A stretch of DNA of 64,000 nt. It comes from Albugo candida. Taxonomy: Eukaryota. The stretch lies in assembly GCA_040437565.1 (NCBI GenBank), contig JBDOQK010000011.1:496001-560000 (forward strand), written 5' to 3'. How positions within the stretch are numbered: the first letter of the stretch is position 1; each line of letters starts with the position of its first letter. A program made the position numbers and the translations under genes. Positions 35,225 through 47,300 of the stretch are shown piece after piece. Below the pieces are notes generated by a model, which saw nothing but the letters and a program-made list of their open reading frames with translations, was not told the DNA's origin and made no database searches.

Positions 35225-36703
35225 ATGCAGCGCTTGTATGCTCTTTTGACTGTGATCACAATTCATGAAACTTTGGCATTTTTTAAGGATTCCCCGTACG
35301 TACGTACCCTGGATAATACAACCTATGACACTCTTGTACGGCAAACATCCACCGTCTGGCTTGTCGACTTTTACGCTCCGTGGTGTCCGCACTGCAGCCA
35401 TTTCGCACCGCAATATGAAAGAATAGCAAGGGCGCTTGCGTCATCTAATATTAAAATCGGAGCCGTGGATTGCGTCGAGACAAGTTCAGTTTGTGATGAT
35501 GAAAAAGTTGAGATGTATCCGTCGATTCGGCTGCTTCAGATTCCATCGGACAATAACAAAACATTAATATTTGATAATCGTCGCTTTACAGTTTCACGTG
35601 ATATTATTGACTGGGTAGTAGAACAGTGCGTGAAAGCCGGAATCGATACCGGCGCGATCGATTACGAGGTTCCAAGCGAGGATTTGGCCGATAATGAAGC
35701 GAAGGCTATGAACCAGAACGCTATCGCCCCGCTGGATGATTCCATCCAGCTAAAATATGCACGGCTGTGTGAAGCTGGGGCTACAGCTTTATATACCTTG
35801 GAATCCTCAATTTTTTTGGGCACATCCTCTCTAAGCAGTCAACGATATGATGCGGCAATTCTGTGGATGGAAGCACTGGCTGCATCATTTCCACTTGCGC
35901 AGAATCGAGAGGCGTTTGGCAAACTCTTGCTGCAATTTAGAAAAGAAGAAAGTTGGGTGAAAAAAGAGTGGCGCAAAGTTTTTTTCACATGGAGAGCTGA
36001 AGTCAAATCCACAATGTTCCCACTGTGTATGTTCGAAATAGTCAAACAAGGCACTAAAGACGATGGCTCAGCAATGATGCAAGAGAAATCGGAAGGAAGG
36101 GAATGGCGTAATTGCCGCACATACACCTGTGGTTTATGGACTTTATTTCACAGTATGACGGTGAACGTTCTGTACAAAGGCTGCAACTTACGTCCATCAC
36201 AAGTCGCGATAGCTATACGCTCATTTGTCGAGCATTTCTTTGGCTGTGAAGAGTGTGCTGACCACTTCCTTGAAGCGAATCCGCCCGATGTTATGTCGAC
36301 TTTGCAAGATATGGATCATGATGGTGGAGCAGCTTCGATTCTTTGGCTGTGGGAAATGCACAACGCGGTGAATGACCGTACAGAGAAGGCCTTATGGCCT
36401 ACGAGCAGAGTCTGTAAGACTTGTTATTTTGAGAAAGAAGAGGAGATTGAAGTCAACAGGACTAGACTAGTATCGTACATGATCGCATCGTATCAGCAAT
36501 CAGAAGACGATGTGTGGTCACTACGATACAACGTGGAGGGTATCGGTGAAGCGATTCGCGGCTCGATTAGCAAACAAGTCAAACACTACTTGCTTCTTAT
36601 CTCAGCTTTGATGTTCTCAGGTTGGATTGTCTACCTTCTGGTTCGTCCTCGACGACGCTCTGGGTACCATTTCCTCAAGGCACATCGAGCACACATTGCC
36701 TGA
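35225..36703 (+). CDS. QSOX: Quiescin sulfhydryl oxidase (thioredoxin + Erv/ALR) with signal peptide and C-terminal TM helix
   Basis: FYAPWCPHC, YTCGLWTLFH, FFGCEECADHF, LWLWEMHNAVN, WP....CKTC. Confidence 0.93.
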   Translation: MQRLYALLTVITIHETLAFFKDSPYVRTLDNTTYDTLVRQTSTVWLVDFYAPWCPHCSHFAPQYERIARALASSNIKIGAVDCVETSSVCDDEKVEMYPSIRLLQIPSDNNKTLIFDNRRFTVSRDIIDWVVEQCVKAGIDTGAIDYEVPSEDLADNEAKAMNQNAIAPLDDSIQLKYARLCEAGATALYTLESSIFLGTSSLSSQRYDAAILWMEALAASFPLAQNREAFGKLLLQFRKEESWVKKEWRKVFFTWRAEVKSTMFPLCMFEIVKQGTKDDGSAMMQEKSEGREWRNCRTYTCGLWTLFHSMTVNVLYKGCNLRPSQVAIAIRSFVEHFFGCEECADHFLEANPPDVMSTLQDMDHDGGAASILWLWEMHNAVNDRTEKALWPTSRVCKTCYFEKEEEIEVNRTRLVSYMIASYQQSEDDVWSLRYNVEGIGEAIRGSISKQVKHYLLLISALMFSGWIVYLLVRPRRRSGYHFLKAHRAHIA

Positions 36704-36916
36704 TCGTAGGAATCGAAAGTAAAATTACAAGTACTTTAACAATATCTAAAATCGATTCAAAGTGCAGAAATCAGCTTTAACAGTCTATAAGCAGCTCTAA
36801 TGTACCAAACCAGCCGGGAGAGATCTCATTTTGGCGACTCGAGGCTCAGTTAAAGCGTTGATGATAACGATATTGATTTCTGATTGACTCTATCATGGTA
36901 TATGAGGCTGATACCT

Positions 36917-39811
36917 TCAGTGACCAGCTTTTCGTCTGTGCTGCTCTGTTCGAGTAGCAGGTCGTCTCATGCGGCCAATGGCGTCCGGAGAAGCCTGTTC
37001 CACTTTTGCTCGATTCTCTGTCAAATATGGACTCTCCCACCGCGATTCACCAGTGATTCCATGCACATAGTAAGAATGGCCTTCCGAGGTGTAGCAGGTC
37101 TGCCAAATATCTCTCGACTGGGCTTTATGAGCGACTGAAGACTGCCGTCCATGGGATCGAATTGCCCTTAATGGAATCGGGTGGATGGCGGAAATGCGTT
37201 CGCAATCTGCTCGAATGATTCTTTCGCTCTGACTTCCAATTGTCGATACTTCTCTATGCTCCTGACTAGAATACTCTCTGGCAGTGAGCCAAGGCTGGTG
37301 GATATGCTGTCTAGCTAATTTGTTACGCAGTGATGGATTCTCCGCAAGAGCTCTTCGAACTTGATTCCTTGGCGACATTGGCTGCGCGTTCGAAAATAAC
37401 TGCGCTTCAGTTCGAATATGACAGCTTCTAGAACCTGTCCACGTGCGGGGCTGCGCTTCCCGAGTCGTTCTATCCGAGTGCACTTTTGTGTGGTATTTGG
37501 CGATAAAATTTGCGCATTTAATATGATTCTGACCGAGTGCGAGTTCGTATGGAGTTTTATGCGCGTGATTGAAGGCTGTGACGTCGGCAGCACTCTGCAA
37601 AAGAAGTTTGACGAGTCTAGAGTACCCCAAGCGTGCTGCGTCATGCAAAGGAGTGTTCCCTGTCAAAGTATCTGGTTCATTGATAATTGCATCGCTTCCT
37701 ACATCGATAAGATATGCGATACACTCGCAATGATTTCCAAAGACTGCACAATGTATCGGAGTCCGTCCATTGACATCCAAAACAGCAAAATCCGCGCCGT
37801 GGTGACACAAAATCTGTATGCAATCCAAATCTCCACGACGAGCTGCAACGTGTAGAGGCGATTCATTATCGGAATTCATGTGATTGACAATCTCTTGATC
37901 CATACGTCTTGACGCAGCTGTAGCGAGAACGCGTGAGAGACATTGCCCGTGGCCATTTCGGACAGCCAATTGGACTGCTGTGTCACCAAAGTCGGGATGA
38001 GGATCATTCTTTGCATGATGCGCCAAACAGACATCAACCAACTGAACATCGCCAATTCGACATGCGAGAAGCAGCGGGGTGTCACCATTCTGCTTCTCTA
38101 CCATTTTATCGATTGGAAATCCACTCTTAAAGACTTGATCGAGTTGATCCCAGTTATGATTCTTTGCGAGCTGGAGAATGTCAATAGAGCGGTAGCTCGT
38201 TGTCGGCAGTTTAGCTATACTGAGGCTCGTTTCCTTGATGGCAGAATCTGGCATCAAAGCCTGAAGAAAGCCTTTCCTGGTCGGCTTTGGGGTAGGCGGC
38301 GACGGTGATTGTGCCTCGCAGTTGGGAGAGATCAAAAGACGCAATTGAACGACCCAAGTGTGAGCTTCGTCCTTACTTGATGCTATAAGATCTAAGCTTC
38401 TAGAAGACGTGATCACCGAAAAGCAACGATCTTGCTCGAGCATTGCCATAGTGGCTGCTGCTGCGCCATTCAAAGTGGTCGATAATACCATTGCGGTTTT
38501 CGACTGCTTGATAAGTCTCTCAAATGGGGGTGTCTGATGTCCCAATCGAATCTCTTGTACCTGACTCAGCCTCAGGAAGCGGCTTGGACCGGATCCCTGA
38601 GGTCCAGCCCACGAAATCAAGGCTTCTTTATACTTTGCATTGAATTCTTCGACCATTATCCATTGGCGCTTAGGCGCACTGAAAGAAGCAGAAGAAGAGC
38701 TTGAAGAAGAGCCCAGCATCTTCACAAACCGTTGGTGATATGCAACTTTATAGAAAAGGGATCCACGTGACAGTACCACAGGAACGCGCGATGCACTCGA
38801 TTCCAACAAAGGTTCAACTTTAGGTACTTTGACTGATAATAAAGTGGAATCTTGTGGAGAGGTATTGACAATCTTTAGTCGCAATCGAACACGTCCTGAT
38901 TCTTTGTCTGGTGATAAATCACTGGATGGCGCATACACTGAATACCAATCTTCGAGCACCTCGCTACTTGTGCATTGAAGGGGAATATGAGTCTCACCGA
39001 CGAGACTTTTATTACTCGTTTTGACAGCTATGTGCAAGGACTGTTCTTCCTTGGACTCTATCGAAACAGAGAACTGCTCGTTCCATATTGCTTCACTGCC
39101 TCCTTTCTTATGCGTTTCTGTATGGTTTTGTAGTGCCAGCGTGTTGAACGCACACGAAGTGGTCTTTTTAATAAGATGACTGGCGTCACAAATCCGTAGT
39201 TCTAAATAATTCGATTGCGTTCCAAATTTATCGATTTTCGACAAATTTACAGCTTTCAAGACATCCACAGATAACATCAAACTCTTTTCTCCATGACTTG
39301 CGTTATATTGTCCCAATTCTCGTGTTTTTCCTATAAGCACGGGAATGTCTCGTGGTTGGCCATCAATCGGTGCTGAAGTTCCTGGCTCATGAATAACGAC
39401 CTCAGGAATGAGTGAAAGGCTTGACGTTCCCGTGTTCACTGTGTTATTTCGGGTCGTTTGGTGCGGTAAAGTCGTTCTCCATGGCTCATGTCTTTCCAAC
39501 GCGTTTTCTTCCAAATCAGCAGAAACCACAGGCACTGTGAGATATTTCGTTTGTAGGGATGACGAAAGCCCTTTGAACATTTGCAGAATCGATTTCGAAT
39601 GCGCTGGCGCTGTCGACGGAATGCACGACTTCTTGACAATTTGATACCTCGAATCGAGCCATGTACCCTCAGAATCGCTTTGGTCGTTTGTGATGATATC
39701 GGTGCTATACGGTGGATACACTCGACGTACAGAAGCGATTGTACTCGTCCGAGTGTCTGTGGGTGAGTGCGATCCATCCGGACTCGCTGAGAGCTTGTGA
39801 GTAGCACTCAT
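36917..39811 (-). CDS. C2 - PH - ankyrin repeats - WW multidomain protein, 964 aa
   Basis: C2 (VDVLKAVNL..GGSEAIWNEQF), PLC-type PH (VQEIRLGHQT..CFSVI..SLDLIA..EAHTWV), ankyrin TPLH/SPLH repeats, WW (WQTCYTSEGHSYYVHGITGESRWESP). Confidence 0.85.
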   Translation of the reverse strand: MSATHKLSASPDGSHSPTDTRTSTIASVRRVYPPYSTDIITNDQSDSEGTWLDSRYQIVKKSCIPSTAPAHSKSILQMFKGLSSSLQTKYLTVPVVSADLEENALERHEPWRTTLPHQTTRNNTVNTGTSSLSLIPEVVIHEPGTSAPIDGQPRDIPVLIGKTRELGQYNASHGEKSLMLSVDVLKAVNLSKIDKFGTQSNYLELRICDASHLIKKTTSCAFNTLALQNHTETHKKGGSEAIWNEQFSVSIESKEEQSLHIAVKTSNKSLVGETHIPLQCTSSEVLEDWYSVYAPSSDLSPDKESGRVRLRLKIVNTSPQDSTLLSVKVPKVEPLLESSASRVPVVLSRGSLFYKVAYHQRFVKMLGSSSSSSSASFSAPKRQWIMVEEFNAKYKEALISWAGPQGSGPSRFLRLSQVQEIRLGHQTPPFERLIKQSKTAMVLSTTLNGAAAATMAMLEQDRCFSVITSSRSLDLIASSKDEAHTWVVQLRLLISPNCEAQSPSPPTPKPTRKGFLQALMPDSAIKETSLSIAKLPTTSYRSIDILQLAKNHNWDQLDQVFKSGFPIDKMVEKQNGDTPLLLACRIGDVQLVDVCLAHHAKNDPHPDFGDTAVQLAVRNGHGQCLSRVLATAASRRMDQEIVNHMNSDNESPLHVAARRGDLDCIQILCHHGADFAVLDVNGRTPIHCAVFGNHCECIAYLIDVGSDAIINEPDTLTGNTPLHDAARLGYSRLVKLLLQSAADVTAFNHAHKTPYELALGQNHIKCANFIAKYHTKVHSDRTTREAQPRTWTGSRSCHIRTEAQLFSNAQPMSPRNQVRRALAENPSLRNKLARQHIHQPWLTAREYSSQEHREVSTIGSQSERIIRADCERISAIHPIPLRAIRSHGRQSSVAHKAQSRDIWQTCYTSEGHSYYVHGITGESRWESPYLTENRAKVEQASPDAIGRMRRPATRTEQHRRKAGH

Positions 39812-40131
39812 AGGCTCATTTGCATCACAAACCTATGGAGCTATTTCAAGGCATCTATTAATATTCGACTTGCGACAGAAGCACAGGAATGCAGTCGCTT
39901 GCATGCGTAAGGAACGAGAGGTACGGATAATTGGTGAATGTGATTGCATTAAGAAGACTTCTATAAGGCAAAGGAAAAAAAGCTAAAAAAATGCGACAGT
40001 ATAAAGGCACAAATGCACGTCAATAGCGTCTTTATTGCACACGCAACTTCTAAGCTCTCCATTTCCTCCGATTCTTTCTTCGAATACTTCCCTCTTTCTT
40101 TCATTCGAAAAAAACACACTCATTAAAGCAG

Positions 40132-41091
40132 TTATTCGCTTGAAGAAGAGGTGGCGTCAGGGTTCATGTACTTCTTGATAACGTCATATCCGACAAGCAG
40201 GAAGGATCCACCCATTCCACGAATAACGTTGGAGAGAGCGCCTTTGAAAAATGCGGAGCCTCCTTCTGCTTTGAAAATCTTGACAGCACAGTCAAGAGTG
40301 CTAGTGTACAGCACATCCGCACGACCTGCTTGCATCATCATACGACGACGGACAGTGTCCATAGGGTAGGAGACGATACCAGCAGCGGTTGTGACAAGCT
40401 GAGCAACGAGCCATTTCTGCCACACTGGGGCATTGATTGGGTCGCTCAGCACGATGTCACGCAATGTATCGTACCCGCCAAAGAAAGCAGCACGGTAGAC
40501 AATGATACCACCCACAGACACTCCAAATCCTTGGTACAAACCACGGAAACCATCTGACTTGTAAATGGTGGAGATACAATTTCCTAGACCCGTGTAAATA
40601 CGGGATTTTCCTTTTCCGACATCAGCAGCCAGACGAGTTCGGGCAAAGTCCAATGGGTACACAAATAGAAGGGATGTCGCTCCTGCAGCTCCACCGGATG
40701 CCAAATTTCCAGCAAAAAAACGCCAAAATTGGTCTTTCTTCACTCCATCCAGAAAAAGCTTTTTATATTTGTCCTTGAAGGCAAAGTTTAAAGCCTGAGT
40801 TGGAAAATATCGAATGACATTTGCCAAATTTCCACGCCAGAATGAAAGAAGTCCTTGTTCTTTGGTAATACGAACGAAGCAATCGACAATGCCTTTGTAT
40901 TGATTCTCTTTTTTGATTTGTGTGGAAGCGGCTTGCACTTGCAAAAGAAGTTTTACACGTTCGATGGGGGCAACTGCTGTTTTGGAGATCCCTCCAGCAA
41001 CTCCGCCGGCAGCCAAATCGGCAAAGAAGGAGAATACTTCACTTTTCTTCTCGGAAGTGGCAAGAGGTTTGTATTGCATAAGAGTGCTCAT
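40132..41091 (-). CDS. AAC: Mitochondrial ADP/ATP carrier
   Basis: [39 protein letters not shown] signature. Confidence 0.97.
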   Translation of the reverse strand: MSTLMQYKPLATSEKKSEVFSFFADLAAGGVAGGISKTAVAPIERVKLLLQVQAASTQIKKENQYKGIVDCFVRITKEQGLLSFWRGNLANVIRYFPTQALNFAFKDKYKKLFLDGVKKDQFWRFFAGNLASGGAAGATSLLFVYPLDFARTRLAADVGKGKSRIYTGLGNCISTIYKSDGFRGLYQGFGVSVGGIIVYRAAFFGGYDTLRDIVLSDPINAPVWQKWLVAQLVTTAAGIVSYPMDTVRRRMMMQAGRADVLYTSTLDCAVKIFKAEGGSAFFKGALSNVIRGMGGSFLLVGYDVIKKYMNPDATSSSSE

Positions 41092-41199
41092 GTCAACTTG
41101 GTTTTCGATGAATGGAGAGATGACTTGTGGTGAAGGAAGAAAAAGATTGAATGTTTCGATAGCAGTGTCAAAAGTGTGTGGTGGTTATGCATTTCCCTC

Positions 41200-41320
41200 C
41201 CCTCACCTTGTGATTGGATAATAAGTGAAACAGATGTAGAAACGGCATCTATGTTAGCTTGTGATTGGCCTCAAAAAAAGTGATGTAACGATTATTCCAA
41301 AGACAGCCAATAATTAGAGT
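41200..41320. promoter_or_regulatory. Three CCAAT boxes in the divergent AAC/TRS23 promoter
   Basis: TGATTGG at ~41212 and ~41262 and AGCCAAT at ~41305 within a 424-bp head-to-head intergenic region. Confidence 0.45.
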
Positions 41321-41515
41321 GTGTTGTTGAACGGCTTCCACGCGGCTGACTCTTCGAGCGGTGGTAGGCGGACTCAAAAAAGAGGCGCGATCATAAATAT
41401 GTCGTACACTCAAGCAGATCGATCTAACGTAGCGCTTCGATGATTACTTACTCGGAGTAGGTGTACCGTGGGTTCCAAATACTATGCCTCGTCGAACATA
41501 CTCGACTATTTAGTC

Positions 41516-42059
41516 ATGTTGCACGCACTTTATATCATCAATAAATCCGGCGGCTTGATTTATCAGCAAGATCTAAGTCCTGCTGCTCCTAAGTTATCAT
41601 CAAATGACCATTTGCGTCTCGGATCGACTTTCCACAGCATGCACGCTATTGCAGCACTGGTAATCCCTGATTAGTACCAGCCATCATGTACATTTACTAA
41701 ATGGGATATAGGCGGCACCAGTTGTATCTGGTGGAATTAATAGCTTGGAGACCGATACATTTCGATTACAGTGCTTCCAAACACTCACCGGAATCAAATT
41801 TTTCATCACCGCGCAGTTGGGAACTCCCGATTTAGATAACGCACTTAAGACTATATATGAGCTTTACGTTGATTATGTACTCAAGGTACGTCCAACACGC
41901 CACCATCCCATCATAATGAAATGATGTGAGCTTTTACAGAATCCGTTCTACGAACTGGAAATGCCCATACGATGCATTTTATTCAACACTGGACTGAAAT
42001 CCTTTGTCGAAAAGTTCAACAGTGATACCAGTCGACGTCGTCCACTAATTTCAGAGTAA
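41516..42059 (+). CDS. TRS23: TRAPP complex subunit Trs23/TRAPPC4, 3 exons
   Basis: LYIINKSGGLIY, LSSNDHLRLGSTFHSMHAI, LETDTFRLQCFQTLTGIKF, YELYVDYVLK|NPFYELEMPIRC. Confidence 0.93.
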
Positions 42060-42076
42060 GTGGGATGTATCAACCT

Positions 42077-44297
42077 CTAATTCAGAACAAACATTCCGTC
42101 CCCGCAGAATTTATCTTCCTTCCATCTCCCTTCCAATAATGTTCCATCCGGATATGTTATTCTACCATCTCCATGACGACAATCATTTTTCCATTCGCCG
42201 TTATACACAGCGCCTGAAGCGTACGTGCAGACCCCGCGTCCGCAGCGTACCCCGCCAACCCATTTCCCTTCATACCGATCTCGTGTCCGAGCATATTGAC
42301 ACACACCAAATCCGTTTCGCTTGCTATTTCTCCATTCACCCTTATATATGGTCCCATCAGACAGTGTCGACATTCCCTGCCCTCGCCTTTTCCCGCAATG
42401 GAAGCGTCCCGTATAGGTTTCAATGTGGTGTAATGATGTCCCCTGGCCATGTGGAATACCATTTTCGAACTCTCCGCGGTACTGAAAAGGATCAGGTAAC
42501 ACTTGGTCGTTGTATTTGTGCAAGATACCTTCTGTGAGTACCAATCTTCCCGACTCCCAATAAGCTTCTAATGAGGAGCCATCCGTGAAGCATACAACGC
42601 CTTTTCCATGGCGTCTATCGTTCACCCATTCTCCTTCATAACTTTGTTCTAAACGTAATGCTGGATTTGTGGAATCGTCATTGAGCTTCTGAGAATACTC
42701 TTGCAAGCCAGTATGATGCCGTTGATCCTTGAGCCATTCTCCGACATACGTGTCACCATTGGAATATTTGATGGAACCATGCCCAGAACGACAATCGGAC
42801 ATCCATTGTCCTTCGTACACATCTCCATTGACGTACGTGCAGATTCCTTGGCCATGTCGTTCCATTCTTTCTTTGACGATATCTCCAACATAAACGTCTC
42901 CGTTCTCATACTGAATGCTTGATTTAGCCGAAGGAGGACTCATCTCTGCGACTCTATCGAAAACGTGGCTACCGTCCACTAGAAACTCAATCTTTTTCAC
43001 AGCATCTTCGTAGCAATCCGTGGTGCAATTGACTCCACCAAACACAAACATTTTGGCATGATCCTCACTGGATACCCACGAATGACCGGTGATAAGAGAA
43101 AAATTTGTGTCCTTGCGTAAATTGAGTACTTGTGTGTCCAAATTCACCGAAATGGTAATGGCCGCTGAATCAGCATTTCCCTTTGATCTGTGGCTGCCTC
43201 CAAATACTAAAATCGTAGTCTCACTCCGGCCAGCAGTCTCGTTCTTCTCTTGATGTCCTGCAATTTTGGCGGCCGAATAGAAGCATCGACTCGACAAAAT
43301 AGACGCACAGGGACAATCCGAATGTATTTCAAGCACTGACCAAGTGTTTCTTGTAAGATCTAGACAATAGATCTCACTCAAAACTTTTGTCTTTGACTGC
43401 TGCCCTCCAACCACCAATACCTTGTCTTGCTGATCGGTGGTCACGATGTTATGATTTGCGATTGGAGTCGGACCTCTACCAGTTGGCTACAACAAGAACA
43501 ATTCATTTTCGGTATTTTCTACAGCGTGCAATCAATTTACCGTGAGCTGCGTCCAGACAAGTCCTTCGTCGTCTGCTTCAGATTGTATTCCCGAAGAAGT
43601 GTTACGATTCGCACGCAAACACCATACATCACTCAGAAAACTTCCATCCAAACCACGACCTCCGATCATAAGCAATGCATCTTCCTTCAATTGATCATTG
43701 GAAAACGAGAAACAGACCGATGCACAAGCATGCCACGCGCGTTGAGTAGGCCATTCACTGCTGCTGTCAGTGCGATGCAATTTTCTGCATGAAAGGATTT
43801 CATTCTCGTATTTGAGCTCGAAAAGCTCGTTGCAGTAACGAGTAGATGTTTCTGCGTCATCTAATTCACTGATGATTCCACCTCCAAATACGTACACTTT
43901 CTCCGCTAAAGCCGCGGCTGAATGCCCAATTCTGCTTTGTATAGACCCCGTGATGTCGTATCGCGATATCCACGTCTCATTTTCAAGGTCAAAAAGTGAA
44001 AGTGACGAGTTTTCATCGTATTGATCGCGAGGAAAATCTCTACCACCAATAACAACAGCTCTAGACCAAATGGTAAGAATCTGCTCTCTTTAACTAAGAC
44101 CACGTACAAATGCTTGGTAACCCGACAAGTAACAGCTCCTATTAGACCGACCGGTTCGTAAGTGTCATTACAGCGTCGGGTTAATGACTTTCTCCGGGAG
44201 ATCAGACTACTTTTACATCGATGAACCTATCAATTCATGTCTGATCCGAGAAACGATACTCTTCATTTCGTTTAGTTTTTACCTCAAGATGCGTCAT
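42077..44297 (-). CDS. Kelch-repeat plus MORN-repeat protein, multi-exon (5' end tentative)
   Basis: Kelch blades (AVVIGG, RIGHSAA..VYVFGGG, RAWHAC..LMIGG, VLVVGG, ILVFGG, MFVFGG) followed by about ten YxGxW..G.G MORN repeats. Confidence 0.82.
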
Positions 44298-44311
44298 CAC
44301 CGCCAGCTATG

Positions 44312-47300
44312 CTATATTAAGGAAGTCAAGCGACTGATTCCTAACGTCGCTAGGAATACAAACGATCTATTCATCTGCGAAAAATATCCGAACAGCAATT
44401 TTTTCTCGAAGGCGTGACATCAGATCAAAGATTTCTCGCAGTTGTGTATCTGGCAATAATCGCGGAGAAAGATATGAACAGTGGTCTCAAATCGTACTTC
44501 ATTTCACTTACCCTGTGAGCCGCTCGTCGACAAGGACTGCTCCATCGTTGCCTGCGTTATTGGAATCGCGACCTCCAGCTGCTGCTTAATTGATCTGTCA
44601 TAAGAATCCATTAGCTTTATCGGACGTGTATTACACTTGACTCACTCCAGTATACGAGAAGACTTTGATGCATCTTCTACATATTAGATTGATCAACGAC
44701 CGGAGGAAAGATCAACAACACTCTACCTGATGTAACAGTTGTAATATCAGTGCATTCGACTTCTTTGTCCATCGCTGTGTATCCCGTGGTAAATTGGCTC
44801 AGTGATACATCAACAGGTACCGCTGTCTGTGAGACTCTCAACATTGCATCTGACAGCGTGTTGGCACATATCTCTGCATCGGACACTCTATCAGTGCATG
44901 TGTGCTCGGTTTCATTTGCGTTCGGTGAAGAAATTGCTTGTGATCGATTGATATTCGAAGGAGCCACTATGGAGGGAAGAGATCCAACAGCTTCATTTAC
45001 GCATGTCACTGTCTGATTGGAAAAGGCATTCTCTTCAGTGTACCCAGAAGTAAATACGCTCAGCGAACTCTCCATCATTGATTTTTCATTACGATATGAA
45101 GCTAACGGCAAAGCGGAATTCAAGTTTGTATATCCGACCGTGAAGGCGCTAATGGAAACATCTACTGGAAGAGAATCAAGACTTTGTCGGGTACGAATTG
45201 ACGTTCCAAGATCGGAGAACGTCGGAGTTCCAGTATACCCTGCTGTATACAGACTCAGCGACACATTGGTAGAAGACAAGTCGAGCTTCTCAATCGATCG
45301 GTTGATACTCGAATTTCCTGTAAAGTACTGCTCGACAACCTCCTCATTTACTTGAGAATTTGGAGCTTGATAAAAATTTGTGTTTTTGTATGTATCTCCA
45401 CTTGAGAGCTGATTATCAACTCGCAATGTGCCTTCCTCATCGGAATTTTCATTCTGATCGGAATCGTCATCGCTGTTGGAATAGTCTTCCTTCAGATCGG
45501 TAAACTCTACCGCGTCGCTCAACACATGAGGCTTCTCGAGAATTGGTGTGCGCGTGATAGTCTCATCGAATGACTCTTTTACCGATGGGTTAGTCACCTT
45601 TCTGGCTTCAATCGATTCCAACAGCTCACTTGGTAAAGAATCCTCATATTTTTTCTTGGAATAACTCGTAATTGAATGCAACAGAGTTTGCTGATTCGCT
45701 TTACATGGAGCTGCTGACTTTTCAAGAGATTCGAAAGTTCTATTACTGCTTGGTCGATCGCACACTGTAGCATTCAAATGTGAAGATCCCTCCGTTGAGA
45801 GTGATTCTACAGGATTGAGCTCAACAGATAGATTCACAAATTCTACGCGCTTTTCACGGCTATTTCCTGTCAATGAATGGGTCGGGGATGGCTTCGATAT
45901 TTTTTCCGTTGAAACTTCTATTTGTTTCAATTTCAAAAGTCCCAATTGACTGAGTCTCGAGTTCATAGCAGCCACTGCGTTTGCTGTCTCCATTTGACGC
46001 TTTCTCCTTTCCAATTGATCACGCTCCAATGCTAGCGATGTGGACAAAACGTTCGTGCTTTTCACCGCTCTCTTGGTTCCCATCAAGTCTGATTTCGCTG
46101 AAAGGCTCGAAATCGGGATCAATTTATCGTCAACTCTTACATATGGTTTATCTACTTGCATCTGTGCTTTGTCCTTTGTCGCCATTTTCTCTGCTTTTGT
46201 TGTTTCGGAGAATCCCACAAGATCACCGTTTTGGCCGTTCGCATTCTCAAATCCTCTCTCGTAACAGACAGCTCCATCGTCAGTTGTATATTCCTTGGAA
46301 ATCATCTCCATATTGCTGACAAGCGGGAACCTGTCTTCCGCTATGTTAGTATCTTTCGCATTCGAATCTGTTGGATGTGCTCTAATTGTACCGTGCAGAT
46401 TTCTCAAAAGATCTTCTCTCATTTTACCTAAAAGCCCGGATTTTGCATTTTGCATCAATTCTTCGAATTCATTTTTTGTCGATGACGGCGCCGGTGGTGC
46501 TATAGCATCATTTTGTCCCGGATTGATCGCGTGTGGTATGGCTCTTTTGGCTCGAGGAAGAGTGGTTAGATCTCCATCAGGATCGTTTCCTCCAGTTGCC
46601 TTCAGTCGAGGAAGCCTCGATCGAATCGACTGCTGGAGATACTGAGACAAACGCCACACGAAAATGCATCCGTCGCTGCTACTCGACACCAGTCTTCGAC
46701 CATCTGGAAGGAACTGAAGACCCGTAATCTCCCCGTCATGACCACCCGCTTCTGCGAGAACATTACCAGTGGTTATCTCTACAATTTGAACGTATGGGTG
46801 AGCCGAAGATCCGCTTAAAGCCGCGCAATAGTTGGCAGGACATATGGCGAATCGATTCTGCTCGCCAACAAAAACAGCTTTCGTTTGTTTGATCGTGCTG
46901 GAAGGTTCCAGATAGTGAAAAGCGAGCTTATCGCTGCAACAAGTGACCACATGTACGTTATCGTTCATCAGGTGCATATCTCGAAGGGGTCCGCCGTCCA
47001 TCGCAATCGAGTTGTACGGCTGAATTTCCAGTTTGGTGTTGTGATCTCCACGTTTCAAGTCTGAGAGAACAACCTTATCATCTGAGCTACTTGTGATCAA
47101 CCGCATGGTTTCTGCAATTACTTCTAGGCCTTTGATGGCGCTGCCGGTAGGCTTTCCAGCACCAATGGCAATGTAGGAGTTTTGAGCGTCAAAAATGCAA
47201 GCCCGATGGTCTTTTCCTCCCGAGGCGAGTAAATCTGACGTATACGATGAATTTCCATGACTGTAATTGAGACAAAGAACTTCAGAGGAGTGAGCTGCCA

